Assembly: GCA_964016885.1 (NCBI GenBank)
Contig: OZ024742.1
Span: 125,860,001 to 125,924,000 of the forward strand
DNA: 64,000 nt
Reading direction: 5' to 3'
Source: Eledone cirrhosa
Taxonomy: Eukaryota
The notes beneath the pieces were generated by a model. It worked only from the letters and a program-made list of their open reading frames with translations, made no database searches and was not told where the DNA came from. The translations under genes and the position numbers were made by a program. The number at the start of each line of letters is the position of its first letter. Positions within the stretch are counted from its first letter, which is position 1. This document shows positions 26,440 through 41,089 of this stretch, piece by piece.

Positions 26440-28880
26440 TCGTTTTTTCACTCTTCTTGTTATCTCTCGGATCAAGCATCTTCAGAGGCCACCTACCAAG
26501 ATTGGTGTAGGCAAGCTTCAATCAGTTAATGTGAGGCTGAAACTTTCTGTGATGCTTGACTCATCCCTCGACTCTGTCCTGATTACTGATGGCATTGAGT
26601 CTTCCTGGAAAGTGCTCAAAGATGCCACCTATGCAGCCTCTGTAGAAATCTTAGAATTACCTATGGAAGAACCTAAGGGCTGGTTTGATGAAGGCAACGC
26701 TGATGTCCAGAACCTTATCAATAGGATGCATAGCGTACACAGGATTTGGATTGGAGATAAAAATTTGGCAACAAAAAGATAGCCTACAAAGATTGCAAGC
26801 AGCAGGTATAGTCCTCACTTAGAAAGATGAAGGATGCCTCATGGACGGCTAAAGCAGCCAAACTACATGAAGCTGCTGATAAAAAGGACTCACGAGCCTT
26901 TTATAATGGCCACAAGGCGGTGTATGATCCAGTGCTTTCCTCTGATGGAACAACCCTATACACGGACAAAGCTGAGATTCTCACTCGTTGGAAGGAACAT
27001 TTTGAGGAGGTCCTTAATACTGAATCAAAGGTCAATGAAGATGTAACTTCATCTATTCCACAAAGTCCGGAGATCCTTTGATTAGCGTTAAACTCAAACT
27101 TGAATAAAATTAAAGCTGCTATCAGGCAGTTATCATCCAATAACGCTCCTGGTAAAGATGGCACCGGAAATCTTTAAATATGATGGTAAAAAACTGGTTC
27201 GTTGGCTTCTTCGGCTGTTTCTGGAGATTTGGAGAGCTGAAAGTGTCCCCTAGGGATTCAGAGATGCATCGATTTTCCACCTATTCAAAAACAAAGGTAA
27301 AAAATCTATCTGCGACAACTCTCGCAGCATCTCCCTCCTCTGTATTGCTAGTAAGATACTATCCTGTGTCATCCTCAACAGAATTACATCCATACTTGCT
27401 GACGATATCTACCCTGAAAACCAATGTGTTTTCCGCTCTGGTTGGGGTACTATTGACATGATTTTCTCTCTTCGCCAAGTTGCAGAGAAGGTTTAGGAAA
27501 AGAACACGGAGCTGTTTATCGTTTTTGTTGACCTAAGGCCTTTGACACTATCTATCGCAAAGCTCTCTGGAAAATCCTCAAAAAGCTTGGCATACCTGAT
27601 AATATGCTAGATATCATCATATTTTTCCATGAGGGCATGAAAGCATCAGATATGTCAGATGGTGAATTCTGTTACAAATGGTGCGAAGCAGGGTTGTGTC
27701 ATGGCTCCTGTCCTCTTTGCTTTGTTCTTTTCTGTAATACTCCAGCATGTATTTGACAATTTGGACACAGGTGTCAGATTTGAGTTCCGTACGTCGGTTG
27801 GGTTATTCAACCATCAGCGCTTTAAGGCTAAAACACTCACACGAACAAGTAACTTTCGCGAGTTACTGTTTGCTGATGATGCCGCACTTATTGCAACAGC
27901 CCTAAAAGAGGCACAGGAATTGATGAACCACTTTTCGTTGGCCTGTATGGCATTTAGTCTAACAATCAGCATCAGGAAGACTAAGGTGGTACATCAACCA
28001 AAGCCATCCTCCAGGCATGCAGGAGGCGTTGAACAGGTGCAGCCAGATCGAAGGCATCCTCTTGCACCCATCACTATTGATGACAGGGATCTGAAATATG
28101 TTAGCTCCTTTACTTACCTTGGCAGTAAGGTGAACCATTGTGCATCCCTGGATGATCAGATTGTTAAGCGCATCTCCAAGGCAACTGATACTATAGAGTG
28201 TCAGGGGTATATCCCTGAAAGCAAAAGTTGCAGTTTATCGTGCAGTGGTATTGACAACACTCTTATATTGCTCAGAGTCATGGACACTTTACCGCACTCA
28301 CATTCATAGACTTGATGTCTTCCACAAACGCTGTCTGCACTCTATCTGTCGATATACACTTTCTGACAGAATCTCCAGTGTCGAACATTGGTAGGTTTGA
28401 GTCATTTCTGATGCAATCCCAACTCAGATGGACTGGTCATGTCCTACAGATGTCTGAGGACCGCACACCTAAGGTACAGTTGTATAGTCAGCTCCAGGGT
28501 GGTGTGCATAGCGTGGGCAGGCCACTACTCCGATATAAGGGCAAACTCATGTACAATCTTAAGTCTGTCAACGTACCCCTTTCTTCGTTTGAAGCCATGA
28601 CTGCCAAGCGTAAAAGATGGAGAACTATCTGCGACGAAGTTATAAAGAACTTTGAGAAATCTCGTTTAGCCCACCTCTGTGTGATAAGATCTAACACCAA
28701 AGTTCAGCCAGGCATTCCAGCCTGCTCTGTTAGAGATCCTGTCGCCTGCACAGAATGCGGATTGGTGTATAAATCAGCAGTGGATTGAAGTACCATTTAA
28801 GGCATAAACATAAAACAATGAACTGAAAAGCCTGTTGCATCCTAATACGTCGAATCGACGGTAGAGTCCATTATATATGA
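26440..28880 (+). mobile_element. 5'-truncated, decayed RTE-clade (BovB-like) LINE
   Basis: Fragments with stops and frameshifts: AEILTRWKEHFEEVLN, GAKQGCVMAPVLFALFFS, RELLFADDAAL, FTYLGS, QLRWTGHVLQMSEDRTPKVQLY, C-terminal CTECG. Confidence 0.88.
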
Positions 28881-28909
28881 ACTATATACTATAGACACAC
28901 ATACACATA

Positions 28910-28963
<54 letters not shown>

Positions 28964-29331
28964 TATTGAAGTTTGCTTGAAGCATTGTGGAATAATAAGG
29001 TAAATTTCTTTAAGTCGTTTGGAAGCCTCGACAATGCAGATGGGTAAATCTCCGGGTAACAAGATCCGGTGGTGGAGAGAGAGATGTAAGTGGGTGTGCG
29101 TTGAGATGCGTGGCGTGTATAAGACTGTAGCGCGTAGGGGAATGAAGGAAGGAGCGTAAAGGATAAAAATAAAAATAACAACACGAGATAGAGTTACCTT
29201 GGGAGAGATTTAATTGTCCCTATATATTTCGGATTAACATCCATCAACTGGGGTTTTTTCTGGGGGAGGAGGTTGTCTGTCGGAAAGGTGCGAAACGTGT
29301 CCTCCACTGTTCGTTGTTTTGAATATCTATA

Positions 29332-29391
<60 letters not shown>

Positions 29392-30840
29392 AAAAAATTT
29401 TTAATATTTTTTAATATATTGATATCTGTAGAATCCTTGTTTTTTAAGTTATAATATTTTATTTTTATTATTTTTTTATTAGATTCATTTTATTTATTTT
29501 TTTATTAGATTCATTTTTGTATTAGATTCATTTTATTTTTTATTTTTTATTAGATTTGTTTTTATTCTGATAGCTTCTCATAATTTTTATTAGATTTATT
29601 TTTGTTTTTTTTATTCTGATAGCTTCTCATAATTTTCAAAAGTTTGTCCTCTCAATGTCTTGATTAAAATATACGTAAGATAAATTTCTATGCTAAATAT
29701 ATTAAACATATTATTTTAACTTGAAATATTCTATAATATTTTGGGATATTTTAGTATTTTGATGTTTGTAGAATTCGTTTGCCTTTTAAGCTATATTGAT
29801 ATAATTATATTTCCAAAATATAATCCTTTTGTATTTTATATACTCAATTGTACTATGTTATATATTGATGTATACTTATGTCTATGTACGGCTTATGTAT
29901 CTATATGTGTGTGTTGACATACATATACATGTGTTATAGGTTTTTTTGTGATTATATGTCTGTCTATATATATGCATGAGTGACGCGTGTATACCAATTG
30001 AAGATGCACACACATATCTATTCATGTATAGCTAAGAATTATGGGTGTGAATGTACAGGCTTACACATGCAGCTTTTGATTGCAGATATGCATAATTTAA
30101 CAGCCATAAATGCAGAAAAGTTAATCCTATATATTTATATATATATACTAAATTTTTTAATTAATAACACAAGGAGTGTATAGCAATAAATAAAAAAATC
30201 ACTTATGCTTTGTATGTATACACTATGTGCGGGAGTAGATATAATGTGTATTTTCTGAGTGAGTGAGTATATATATATATTTATGTACCTTTGCCTATGT
30301 ATATGTGATATACGATAGATAATCTCTCTAGCAATATATATATTTTATAATGTTTAAATTCCAATTTTTAATATATTGATCTCAATTTTTAAACTAAATA
30401 TATAATCATAATTAAACAATGTGTAATTTCTCATATTATATATCTATATTCCATTCACGAATATTAATATTTCTAATTTTATTTATTCATTTCATCTCAA
30501 TTGTTAACTCAACTTAATATAACATAACTTAAGGTTTTCGTTCTCTCCCCCTCTCTCTATCTCTGCATATCTCTCTCTTGAGTTCTTTCTCTGTCTGATG
30601 TTTTGATATCTCCCCGTTATTTTTCCTCGGTTCTCTTTTCTTTTTGTTTTCTTCTTTTTCTTTATCTATCTTTCCCTTTTTTTCTCCACGTTTCTCTCTC
30701 TCTCTCTCCATCTTTTTACTTACTCTTAACACTATGACTTACTAAAGTAAACAAACCACTATCCGGATGGCCTCCAAAAGCAACGGTCACCTTTTTGAAA
30801 GGGTACGTCAATATCTATTTGTAAAACTGTTATATATTGT

Positions 30841-30903
30841 ATTTTGTCTGATGAAGGCATACCATGATTTAACTTGGTATCCTTGAAATATATATAATGA
30901 AAT
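30841..30903 (+). ncRNA. Type I hammerhead ribozyme motif
   Basis: ATTTTGT-CTGATGA-stem II (AGGCATACCA/TGGTATCCT)-GAAA-TATATA-TA-ATGAAAT; palindromic stem III. Confidence 0.7.
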
Positions 30904-30940
30904 AAATATGGTTTTATAAATATAGTTTCCATTTATTAAT

Positions 30941-31003
<63 letters not shown>

Positions 31004-31505
31004 TATATATTGGTAAACGGAATAGAAAATGCTGACAAATTGTTCACAGTTGAAAAATGGTTTAATTAGGAATAAAAGAGTATTAGTGATTGTATGGGTT
31101 AGTATTCAGTTGTGGTTTTAAGTTTTTAAGTTTTTACCGGTTGCGCATTTCTAAATGCTTTTCAAAAATAATTTTGAGATAGAGTGTCCGTGCTGTTTGC
31201 TCTGATCTGATTAGTTTTGGGAATTCTACCTGTTTTTATGTTAAAAAAGTGGCTCCAGCGTTACTTTGGTGTTGCAAAATTTCTTGTGGTCAAAACAATT
31301 TTGATTGGTCGGTAGAGGTCATGTGAGTGTAAAAAATTGATTTTGCGCCAAGACTGTTTTTATGTTAAAAAAGTGGCTCCAGCAACAATTCTTGTGGTCA
31401 AAAGAATTTTGATTGGTCGGTAGAGGTCATGTGAATAAAAAATTGGTTTTGCGCCAAGATTGAGAAATGACTCTTTCACAACAAATATGTGTGTGTGTGT
31501 GTGTG

Positions 31506-31568
<63 letters not shown>

Positions 31569-31642
31569 TAGTAGTAGTAGTAAGGTGTTCGATGTTGTGA
31601 TAATGGTTAGCAGCGATGTGTGTCAAATGGCTATTGAGATAA

Positions 31643-31677
<35 letters not shown>

Positions 31678-31880
31678 TGTGTGTGTGTGTGTGTATATAT
31701 AGCAGAGTAATTCGTGGTGGCAGGGATGGTCAGTAAAAATGTGTCTGAAAGCAATGGGGGGTATTTTAGCATGTCAAAAGATATTTTTCAGCTTTTGTCT
31801 TATACGGAGAAGTGCGTGTGTGTGTGTGTGTGTGTATAAGTCTCTTTGTATGTTAATGTACGCGTGTGTATGTCTGTGTG

Positions 31881-31919
<39 letters not shown>

Positions 31920-32243
31920 ACCAGTATTTTTTTCCCCTGGTAAAATGGTGTACATTATTCGATTTTTTCAATAAAATCGGTTCTCTTAATAGAACATCAA
32001 AAATCTTAACAATAAAAGGTGTGAAATGATATTCACTATATATATATACACACATACATATATTCACTATATACATATATATATATACATATATACATAT
32101 ATATACACATATATATGCACATACATTTTCTTGTGTTGCACCATAGAGCATGTGTGTTTACGTATGTCATTGTGTTTATATGTGGGTAGAGATGTGTGCT
32201 GATGTAGGTATGTATGTTGACGTGTGTATGTTGTGGGTTCGTC

Positions 32244-33696
32244 TTAGGGAGAAGTGTTTAGACGGGATCCGTATTTGTTAATGAAGTAAGATTCCTTGCT
32301 GATGCGCTGGGTGTGGGTGGCATTATCTTTAAATTTGTAGAGGGGAAAGATTCTGAAGTTGGGATGATTTTGGGCGGCACAGGTATCAATGTGTTCACTC
32401 AGTGGTATTTTCCTGTATTCCCGTATTTTAATTTGGGATCTATGGACAGTCATGCGTTGGCGGAGGCTGTTTTGGGTCTGGCCTATGTATTGTTCTCGAC
32501 AACCTGAACAAGTTAATACATATATTAGATTTTCCGATGCACATGTGAAATTGTGTTTTACTATAAAACGTTGTCCATCTTTGAAATAGAATTCCGAACA
32601 CTCTATTAGGTTGATGCAAATGCCACAGTTGGGTCTATCGCATTTTTTTACTGTGGGTTTCGTTGTTGTGGTTGGCAGTACTTTGGCATGTGTTAAGATG
32701 TTTTTCATTGACTTGGATTGTCTTTTGCTCTTTATGATATCGTGTGTTCGTAGAATTTGGTTCATTCTATGGTCCTTTTTCAATACAGGGATGTTCTGGA
32801 GGATGGTGTCAAAGGCCTCATTGTTGAGGGGGTTGTGTGTGGAGATGTATGGAAGAGCTTTTAGTTTTGGTTGATTTACTTTAGGGTGTCTAAGGTCCTG
32901 GGTACTGAGTTTTAGGGCACGTTGGATTCCATTGTCAATTAGTGATGCAGGGTAGTCCCTGCCTATGAGTGTGTCCTTTAGTTCTTGTAGCCGTAAGTAG
33001 CAGATGTTTTTATTGGAGACTATAGTACAGATTCTCTTGGCTAAGTTGTAGGGAATATTAATTTTAACGTATCTAGTGTGGCAAGAGTTGAAGGGGAGAT
33101 ATTGCTTGGAGTCTGTGGGCTTGTAGTATATGTATGTTTCTATTTTTTGTTATGGATCTTAATGAGGATGTCGCGGAAGAGGAGTTGTTGATGGCTGTAT
33201 TCCATCGTGAAGTTAATATTTGTGTTGAGCCCATTTATAAGGGTGTGAAATTCTTTAAGTTTTTCGATGTTTTCGTGCCAAAGGATGAAGCAATCATCTA
33301 GATATCGCTTCCAGTTCCTTTCAATGTGTAAGTGGAGGGTGTTTCCAAATTTGTTTAGGACTTTAGTGTAGAGGGTGATTTCCAGGTATCCCATGACTAG
33401 GTTGGCATAAGTGGGGGCTGTTTTCGTTCCCATAGCGGTCCCAGATTTCTGCCTGTAGGGTTTGTTATTGAAAACGAAGTAATTGTTCTCCAAGATAAAT
33501 TTGAGTCCCTCTATCACGAATTCTTTTTTGATGCGTTGTGGGAGTTCATTGTGGAAATTATCCAGCCAGAATTGGATAGCTTCTATTCCTAGGTTGTGGG
33601 GGATGTTGGAGTATAGGTTGACTACATCGAACGTCACTAGTAGGGTTTGTTCAGGAAGTGGCATATTAGGGAGGTGATTGAGCATATCTATTCTTT

Positions 33697-33700
<4 letters not shown>
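32244..33700 (-). mobile_element. Penelope-like element (Neptune-type) RT + GIY-YIG endonuclease, 5'-truncated at (TA)n, disrupted
   Basis: FDVVNLYSNIP, GTAMGTKTAPTYANLVMG, WKRYLDDCFILW; Cys linker CDRPNCGIC; NLIYVLTCSGCREQYIGQT. Stop and frameshift between the RT and EN parts. Confidence 0.9.
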
Positions 33701-33786
<86 letters not shown>

Positions 33787-33957
33787 TATGTGTGTGTGTG
33801 CGCGCGCATATGTGTATATGTGTCATGTGTCTATAGTAAGGAGCTTCACCGTGGAAAACAATCCAAAGAAAAAATACAAGGGATTAAACTAATTTGATCA
33901 TATTTCAATATTGTCAAATTTAGCAAAACCTTAGAGACTAATTGCAACTCTGAGTTA

Positions 33958-34022
<65 letters not shown>

Positions 34023-34024
34023 AT

Positions 34025-34103
<79 letters not shown>

Positions 34104-34769
34104 GCGTATTTGTGTGTGTGTGTGCGCATTTGTGTGTGTGTGTGCTTGTCACATTATTTACTCAGTTAAGATATCTTTGTCAACTGTTAGAGATTAGAGA
34201 GAAAGACTCTAAAGCAAGCAAAGTGGTCTAAATATATTTCACGATGAATTATACACATAGAGGACAGGTGTTTGGGGATAGAACATCAATTATTAGACGT
34301 AATATAAGAGGAATAATATATCTTAAATACTAATTAGTAATTATTCTCTATGTGAGCGCGATTCTACTATTTGGTAATACTGCTGGAAGATATATCAAAT
34401 TTATCATGTTATTTCAGTATAGATTCTTCTATTGTCTTGTGAATATAATAGTTATTATCTAGTAAATATTTCATACAAGCATACATATGAATGCCTCTAT
34501 ACGTAACTGAGTGTGTGTATACCTAGTTTTATATATATATATATATTTATTTATTTATGTAATAAACAACATAAGATAATTATTTCATTTACCAGTGGTT
34601 GTTTGAAAGCAAACAAATCTGTTTTCAGTCGTCAGAATTTAAAAAATCCTGGTGTTTTTATTGAAAGTGGATTTGAAAACAAAAATATAAGAAATATGAA
34701 AGTGAGGCTCAGGGAAGAAGAAAAGAAGATTATAAATATATATATGTATATAAACACACACACACACAA

Positions 34770-34807
<38 letters not shown>

Positions 34808-35249
34808 ATACAAACACATACACGTAAATACACAAACACATATATATATGCACATAGATACATATATATGCGCGCACACACATAATTATAAAAATAAGTA
34901 AAGATAAATAAACAAACATATACACACTCGACCATGCGCATATACTAAAATAACCAGTCACATGAACTGGCCAATAAATCAGTAAAAAATAAAGTCAAAT
35001 ATAAAAATAAAAAATAAAACATTACCAAGTTGACAGCGATACGAAAGAAGAAAGAACACAAATAAAAATAAATAAATAAACAAACACACGTGGTAAGCAA
35101 ATGCACAAAATAAAATATATATATATATACACATATACATATATATATATACACACATATACATACATACACATACACAGAAATATACACACACATATAT
35201 ATACAGTACAAACATATACACAGTTAAGTATATACATACAAACATACAT

Positions 35250-35342
<93 letters not shown>

Positions 35343-35547
35343 TACTCACATGCATACACACACATACGCACGCATAGGTACATATACACAAATGTAGGTG
35401 TATATACATATATCAACAAGTATATATTCACACACACATATACAAGAGAAAAAATACATTCAACCACATACACACATATATATAAATAATTACTTATATA
35501 TAAAAATATACAAATACGCACATGTACACGTACATACGCACGCACAT

Positions 35548-35627
<80 letters not shown>

Positions 35628-35835
35628 ATAATAATAACTTTGAAGACTAAAATCCAAAGAGGGCTCGATAAGGATAAATATATATCAAATATATAAGAAC
35701 CGTAGAGCAAATATTTATTAAAATAACAGATTAAAGTTTAAGCAAAGTTTCAGAAGATCCCGTTAAGGGTGACAACAGCGATTCTTTGCTTAAACTTTAA
35801 TGTTATTTTAATAAATATATATATATATATATATA

Positions 35836-38800
35836 ATATAAGATCAAAAGATGGTTAAAAGAGTTCCATGTATTTTATTATGCGCATTTCAAAAACAAAT
35901 ATCATGATGCGATGACATTTGCGTTTTCGTCAGATAAAATAGGGAGACATGATATGAAGGTTAAAAAACACTTGTGAATAGTGCAGTTTTAAATCAACAT
36001 ATGAAAAGTAGTTTAAGATTGATGTGTGATATTGTGGAAAAAAAATGAGGGGGGGGATGAAAAAGAGGAGGAGATGAGAGTAAAGAATGGAGGGGGAGGA
36101 GTATAATAAGGAAGGATGAGATAGGAGGAGAGATGGGTGATTAAAAGAGAGATATAGCCTTTATAACTGAGAAAAATATATTGTTTTACAGAGAGAGGTT
36201 AAAAAGCTGTTGGAAGATAATATATAAATTAAAAGAATTTGAAAATTAATGAAGAGAAAAAATTATGAATAATGTTAAATTAAGGTTTGTATATTGAAGG
36301 GCTTAATAATATGTACGATGAAAAGAAATTGTTAATATGTATTAAGAATAATATTAAATTAAGGTTTGAATATTGAAGGATTTAATAATATGTGCGATGG
36401 AAAGAAATTGTTGATATGTATTATTAAAATAGAAATATTAATGTTATTAAGGATATAATGTGAAAAGAATTAGAAGAGTGGATGAATTATGAATTTAGAG
36501 GAATTAGTTAGTGTTTAAGTTTGTTTTTATGTAATGTAATATGTATGTGTAATATATGTAAATAGTTTGTTTACAAATGAGCGCAGAAAGCAAAGGAGAT
36601 AGTGTTTAAGGAAGAGAAGACTCTAACATCAAAATATGTATGTTTATGAAGTATTTCCTAATGGTAATAATATAATGTAATAAAGGAGATTAGTTAGGGT
36701 TTAAGTTTGTTTTTATGTATTGTGATGTGTAATATGTAAAAGTTAGACGAGCATGAAAGGGAGAAAAAAATAATGAAATGAGGATGAATAATCTAACGTC
36801 AAAAAAAATGTTTATGTTTACGAAGGATATACAATAGTGATACTATAAAGTATTTAAAAGGGTAATAGTAATTTTTATGGCCAGTGATATGGTGGAAGAA
36901 TGTGGTGAGTAAAAATGAGAATTGAGAAGTATCTAGGATGAAAAGGTACAGATTAGAGGTTAGAAATTAAAAGAAAAAAGGAAAAAAAGGAAGAAAGGGA
37001 AGTGATAAATATGAATGATATAGAATGAGTAACTAGTATTATATAATGTATAATAAATAACATTGAAATAAGGTAGAAAGATGGGTATATTTTTAAAGAA
37101 ATATATATATATATATGCCGTTGAGAAAAAGGATTTTAAATTGGTAAAGTATTAGATATTAGCTGTATACTTTATGGAATGTTCTGTGGAATTTATGCAA
37201 GCAGATAGAAAATAAGTCAGTGCGTCTATTTATTATAGAATCTAAATTAGATATAATGGTAAATTTCTCACATAAACAGAGATTACATGTTTTGGATAGA
37301 GTGGCATTCAAGTATGGAGAGGCAGAACAAACTTTCCTCCAAGAGATGTTATAGTTAATATTTTTGTCTTTCAATGACCATATGAGTTCTGAGAGTGCCG
37401 TGTTGGTTCTTTTAAGTTGGTATTTAAAAGACGAATGATGATTATAAAGACGAGTTTTAAAGGAGGTGGAAGTGGAGCCAAAATAGGTAAAGGAATTGGT
37501 GTCAGTTATAACTTTACATTCATTATTAAGTTTTTTTCAAGACAATGGTTGTTGAGAGGACATTTATTTTTAACAGAGCAATTACAATTGCGATTAGAAA
37601 AATTAACAGTGTTATTAACAAGTGACCTAGTGTTATCTATAGGAGGAATTGGATTGGAGAAGTTATTTACGATAGGAATAATAGTTTCTTGATTTAGATT
37701 GGGATTAAGAACATTTAACGAAGTTGCGTTTGACGTCGTATTTGGGTTTGCTGAAATTAGCCTAGAGTTAACAATGACGTCGGGAGTACTATTGCTATTA
37801 TTATGATATTCAGTGTTGGAAGGAAGAGATTTAGTATTTAGTATTTTATTGTTGTGTTTAGAGATAATGTTTGAGATGTTGAAGGAGGTCGAATAGGAAA
37901 ATGTTATAGTGTGTTTGTTAAATATTTTACTATAGCTATGTGAGGGAGGGAAGCATTTATTTAAGGCACTAAAGAATAATTTAGGAATATTATTATTAAT
38001 AGAGATGGATAAAGGAGAATTATACCATATTATATTTTTGTATCTAGGTCTTTTATTAAAGTTATTGGAATGATCATGATTAATTATTTTACTGTAAGAT
38101 CTTCTAGGATTGGTTTCTTTACTGTATTTGATTTTATCAGGATAACCGGCTTTAGAAAGCGCGTTATTATAGTAATTGGCGTTAGCATCAAAGATGTTTT
38201 TATTAGATGATAGGTTTGATATTCTTTTTCCAATATTACTAACTATAGCATTTTTAATGTTAGCGGGGTAGTTGATTTAAAATTAACATAATTTAGATTC
38301 TCATTGTTTTTATGGTAAGGGTAATATAAGCCAGTGTCAAGATTAAGAGATATATCCAAGAAGTTAGCTAGTTTGATGTTGTTATCAAATTCAATTTTTA
38401 AGTTATGTTGGTTAAAGAGATCACGTATATTGTTCTTAATAATATTAAGGTTAACTATGTTGCAATTTAAGATAGTAAAAAGTCCCGATAAATTCCACCG
38501 CTAAGTTGAGGAATTTTCCGATTCAAAGAGTTCAAAATAAAGATACCAATTAAATCTGTCAATTGGGATGAATCGGATGCACCCATTGTAATGTCAAAGT
38601 TGTTGGAGGTTTCAGCTCTGGTTCAGTATTCATTGTTGAACTGTAAGATGGTTTTACATGCGGTGAGAATGATGTGAAGTTCATCTGTGGTGATGTCTGA
38701 ATATTTGTAAGCGAAAGATAGAGCATTGTTGAGAAGTGAGGGCGAAATAGAAGAATAGAAGCTGGCAATATCAAATTGAATAAATTTTTGTTTGTTTTTC

Positions 38801-39176
38801 TTATTCAATTTGTTGAACCAGCCAATTACTTCAGAAGTACCAAACCATAAATTTAAGTTAGAAGTAGAACAATTAGAACGAACCTGTGGGATAATTCTAT
38901 CCAAGATGGCTTTGCTAACAACCCCCAGATCTGATTTAGAGGGGGCGATTAGTCTAACAGGTAGTTCAGTACGAAAGTTGTTTTTGTGATTCTTGCGATT
39001 TATCCTCGGAGTTCTTGGGAGGAATGGTTCGGTCTTTTTTTCGATGCCAAGTTTTGACATAATCTCAGAAGCTTGAAAGTTTATGGATTCTAAATTATCA
39101 TGGTTAGTTTTGCGATATTTCTTCCTAAGTTCTTTAAGGATAAGGTTGTTATAGTTATCCTTACATATACCATATA

Positions 39177-39178
<2 letters not shown>
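35836..39178 (-). mobile_element. Decayed Penelope-like element (Naiad-like) with a hammerhead in its probable 3' pLTR
   Basis: RT pieces (PVRLIAPSKSDLGVVSK, IQFDIASFYSSIS) and EN C-terminus (ISWRKV...CNLCLCEK...NRRTDLFSICLH). A long AT-rich 3' region ends in an HHR at 35871-35941, then (TA)n. Linking the HHR to this ORF is an inference from strand and position. Confidence 0.75.
35871..35941 (-). ncRNA. Type I hammerhead ribozyme motif
   Basis: TATTTTAT-CTGACGA-long stem II (CAAATGTCAT/ATGATATTTG)-GAAA-TGCGCA-TA-ATAAAATA; 8 bp stem I. Confidence 0.82.
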
Positions 39179-39270
<92 letters not shown>

Positions 39271-39475
39271 ATTAAGTATCGAGAAAGAAAAGAAGAAATA
39301 GGCGATACATGTAGTTATATGCCAATAGCATATGCAAAGGGTGCTCAATGCTTGTGCCTGCAGTGTTAAATATTAGAAGTGTTAATATCTAGTGGGCGAG
39401 AAAATCAGCAGAGCGGATTCACGTGGAGAAATATATAAAGGAGAACAAACCGTTAAAACATGTTTATTTAAAATA

Positions 39476-39515
39476 GCACCTACGTACGTTTCGCCCAAAA
39501 GCGCTTCTCAAGGGC
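39476..39515 (-). ncRNA. Hammerhead motif, U3-A8 core variant (imperfect stems)
   Basis: GCCC-TTGAGAA-GCGCttttGGGC-GAAA-CGTACG-TA-GGTGC. Confidence 0.5.
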
Positions 39516-39824
39516 ATAAAAAACTAAAAAGCGTTCCTTACATGACCCGGAATGGGTTTTTAGAAATAAGTTCACGTCACAGTTCATTCTTCGTAACAAA
39601 AACATGTATTGAGTTTGCAGTAGGTCAAGAGAGATAACTCCAACCGGTGTTAGAGCAGTCTTCTCCAGGCGACTTTTTATCCGTTATTACTTTGTAGTTA
39701 CAGCTTTACCATCATCAATACGCACAGGGTCAGGTATGCAACGTTATTTTCCAGATGTTTGTTTGCTGCGCCTGCCCGCCTGGGTCGATTCGTGCCGGGT
39801 CTGGGATGCATATATTTCTCCACG

Positions 39825-39855
<31 letters not shown>

Positions 39856-40157
39856 AAATAAAGATCCGAAGGCATGGTATAAATTTCCAATCATTTTAAT
39901 CATGATACATGTTTCAATAAGAGATAGATCGATCGTGTAGCCATGATCGATTATCACTGAACTCATCAGGTGAAAATGAATTGTCTTCAAATCCTTGATA
40001 TGAGGGAGAAAATTAACGATGTTCACTCACAGAGTTTAGTCCCTCATATGAAGATCAGGCAGTCAAAACATGGCGACTGCTATCGTCTTCAGTTAGGGTC
40101 ATAAAACTATCAAGTCTCTATCTCCCAATAGCTGTAAAAGACGCTGGACATCAATCA

Positions 40158-40378
40158 AATCTGTAGAATTACAGTCGGTCACAGTTAATGTGAGTGGGTA
40201 CACACACACTCACACACATCGACGCGACGTCAAAGAAAAAATATATACATATACCAACATAGCATCATATCTGTAGAACTATAGACGGTCACAGTTAGTA
40301 TGAGTAAGTACACACACACTCACACACACCGATCTGAGGTCAAAGAAAAAAATATATAAATATACCAACATAGTATTC
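40158..40378. repeat. Tandem duplication of a ~110 bp unit
   Basis: ATCTGTAGAA...GGTCACAGTTA...GTCAAAGAAAAAA...ATACCAACATAG occurs twice. Confidence 0.85.
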
Positions 40379-40619
40379 ACCGAAAGTTAGTTTACAAAAC
40401 AACAAATGTTATATTGGTCAAATCTCAATTTGACGATGTGAATTGGAAAGAAATGGGTCAACCGCAACAACCCTATACACACGCAAGTAAGTTCAGTTCA
40501 ATGTTCTGCTATACGTGTATAGATTGAATTGTAACATCCGTATCTCCAAATAGTGTATGTTATGGTATATACACATCCGTATCGTCCAAAAAAGTGTATG
40601 TTCAACACTGACACAGAAA

Positions 40620-40660
40620 CGATGCACTAGTTTCAAGTTTATTAGCTATCGTCAGCATCG
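40620..40660 (-). ncRNA. Hammerhead motif in ~430 bp tandem unit (GUG triplet, probably inactive)
   Basis: CGATG-CTGACGA-...-GAAA-CTAG-TG-CATCG. Confidence 0.65.
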
Positions 40661-41048
40661 TATACCTTTCTGTCAGATGATTGAACGTTTGAAAGTATAT
40701 ACTTTCCTTATGCATATTAACGGCTGAGCAGCCTAATTTGCATATCGAGTGAGTTAGTCGGCCGGGCGCACCGAAAACGATAAATGGAAAAGAATGAAAC
40801 GAAATTTCATTTCTCACTCTTAGTACGGCTGATACCTAAATATGAGTATGTATACGTACATACATATATGTGTACAGACGTACAGTAGTATGTATATATA
40901 TACATACATGCACACATATATATATGTACGTATGGGTTTACTGAACATTTATTATAATGTTCGGTTTGTTTGTAAACAAGCATCCCGAATTACGCCGTAC
41001 AGTGCTCGGCAACCATCGTCGCCCTTTTGTTCAACACTGACACAGGAA

Positions 41049-41089
41049 TGATGTACTAGTTTCAAGCTTATTAGCTATCGTCAGCATCG
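41049..41089 (-). ncRNA. Minimal type I hammerhead in ~430 bp tandem unit
   Basis: CGATG-CTGACGA-tAGCtaataaGCTt-GAAA-CTAG-TA-CATC; palindromic CTAG. Confidence 0.8.

Noticed and set aside
25880-28880. Back-to-back RT fragments read as one LINE with a twin-priming 5' inversion
   Set aside because: Both pieces contain the same RT motifs (QG..P and (Y/F)ADD) with different sequence, so they are two separate elements.
40670-40710. Plus-strand CAGATGA...GAAA-GTATATAC-TT as a second hammerhead in the 430 bp unit
   Set aside because: No stem I complement and a weak stem II; the convincing motif is on the opposite strand.
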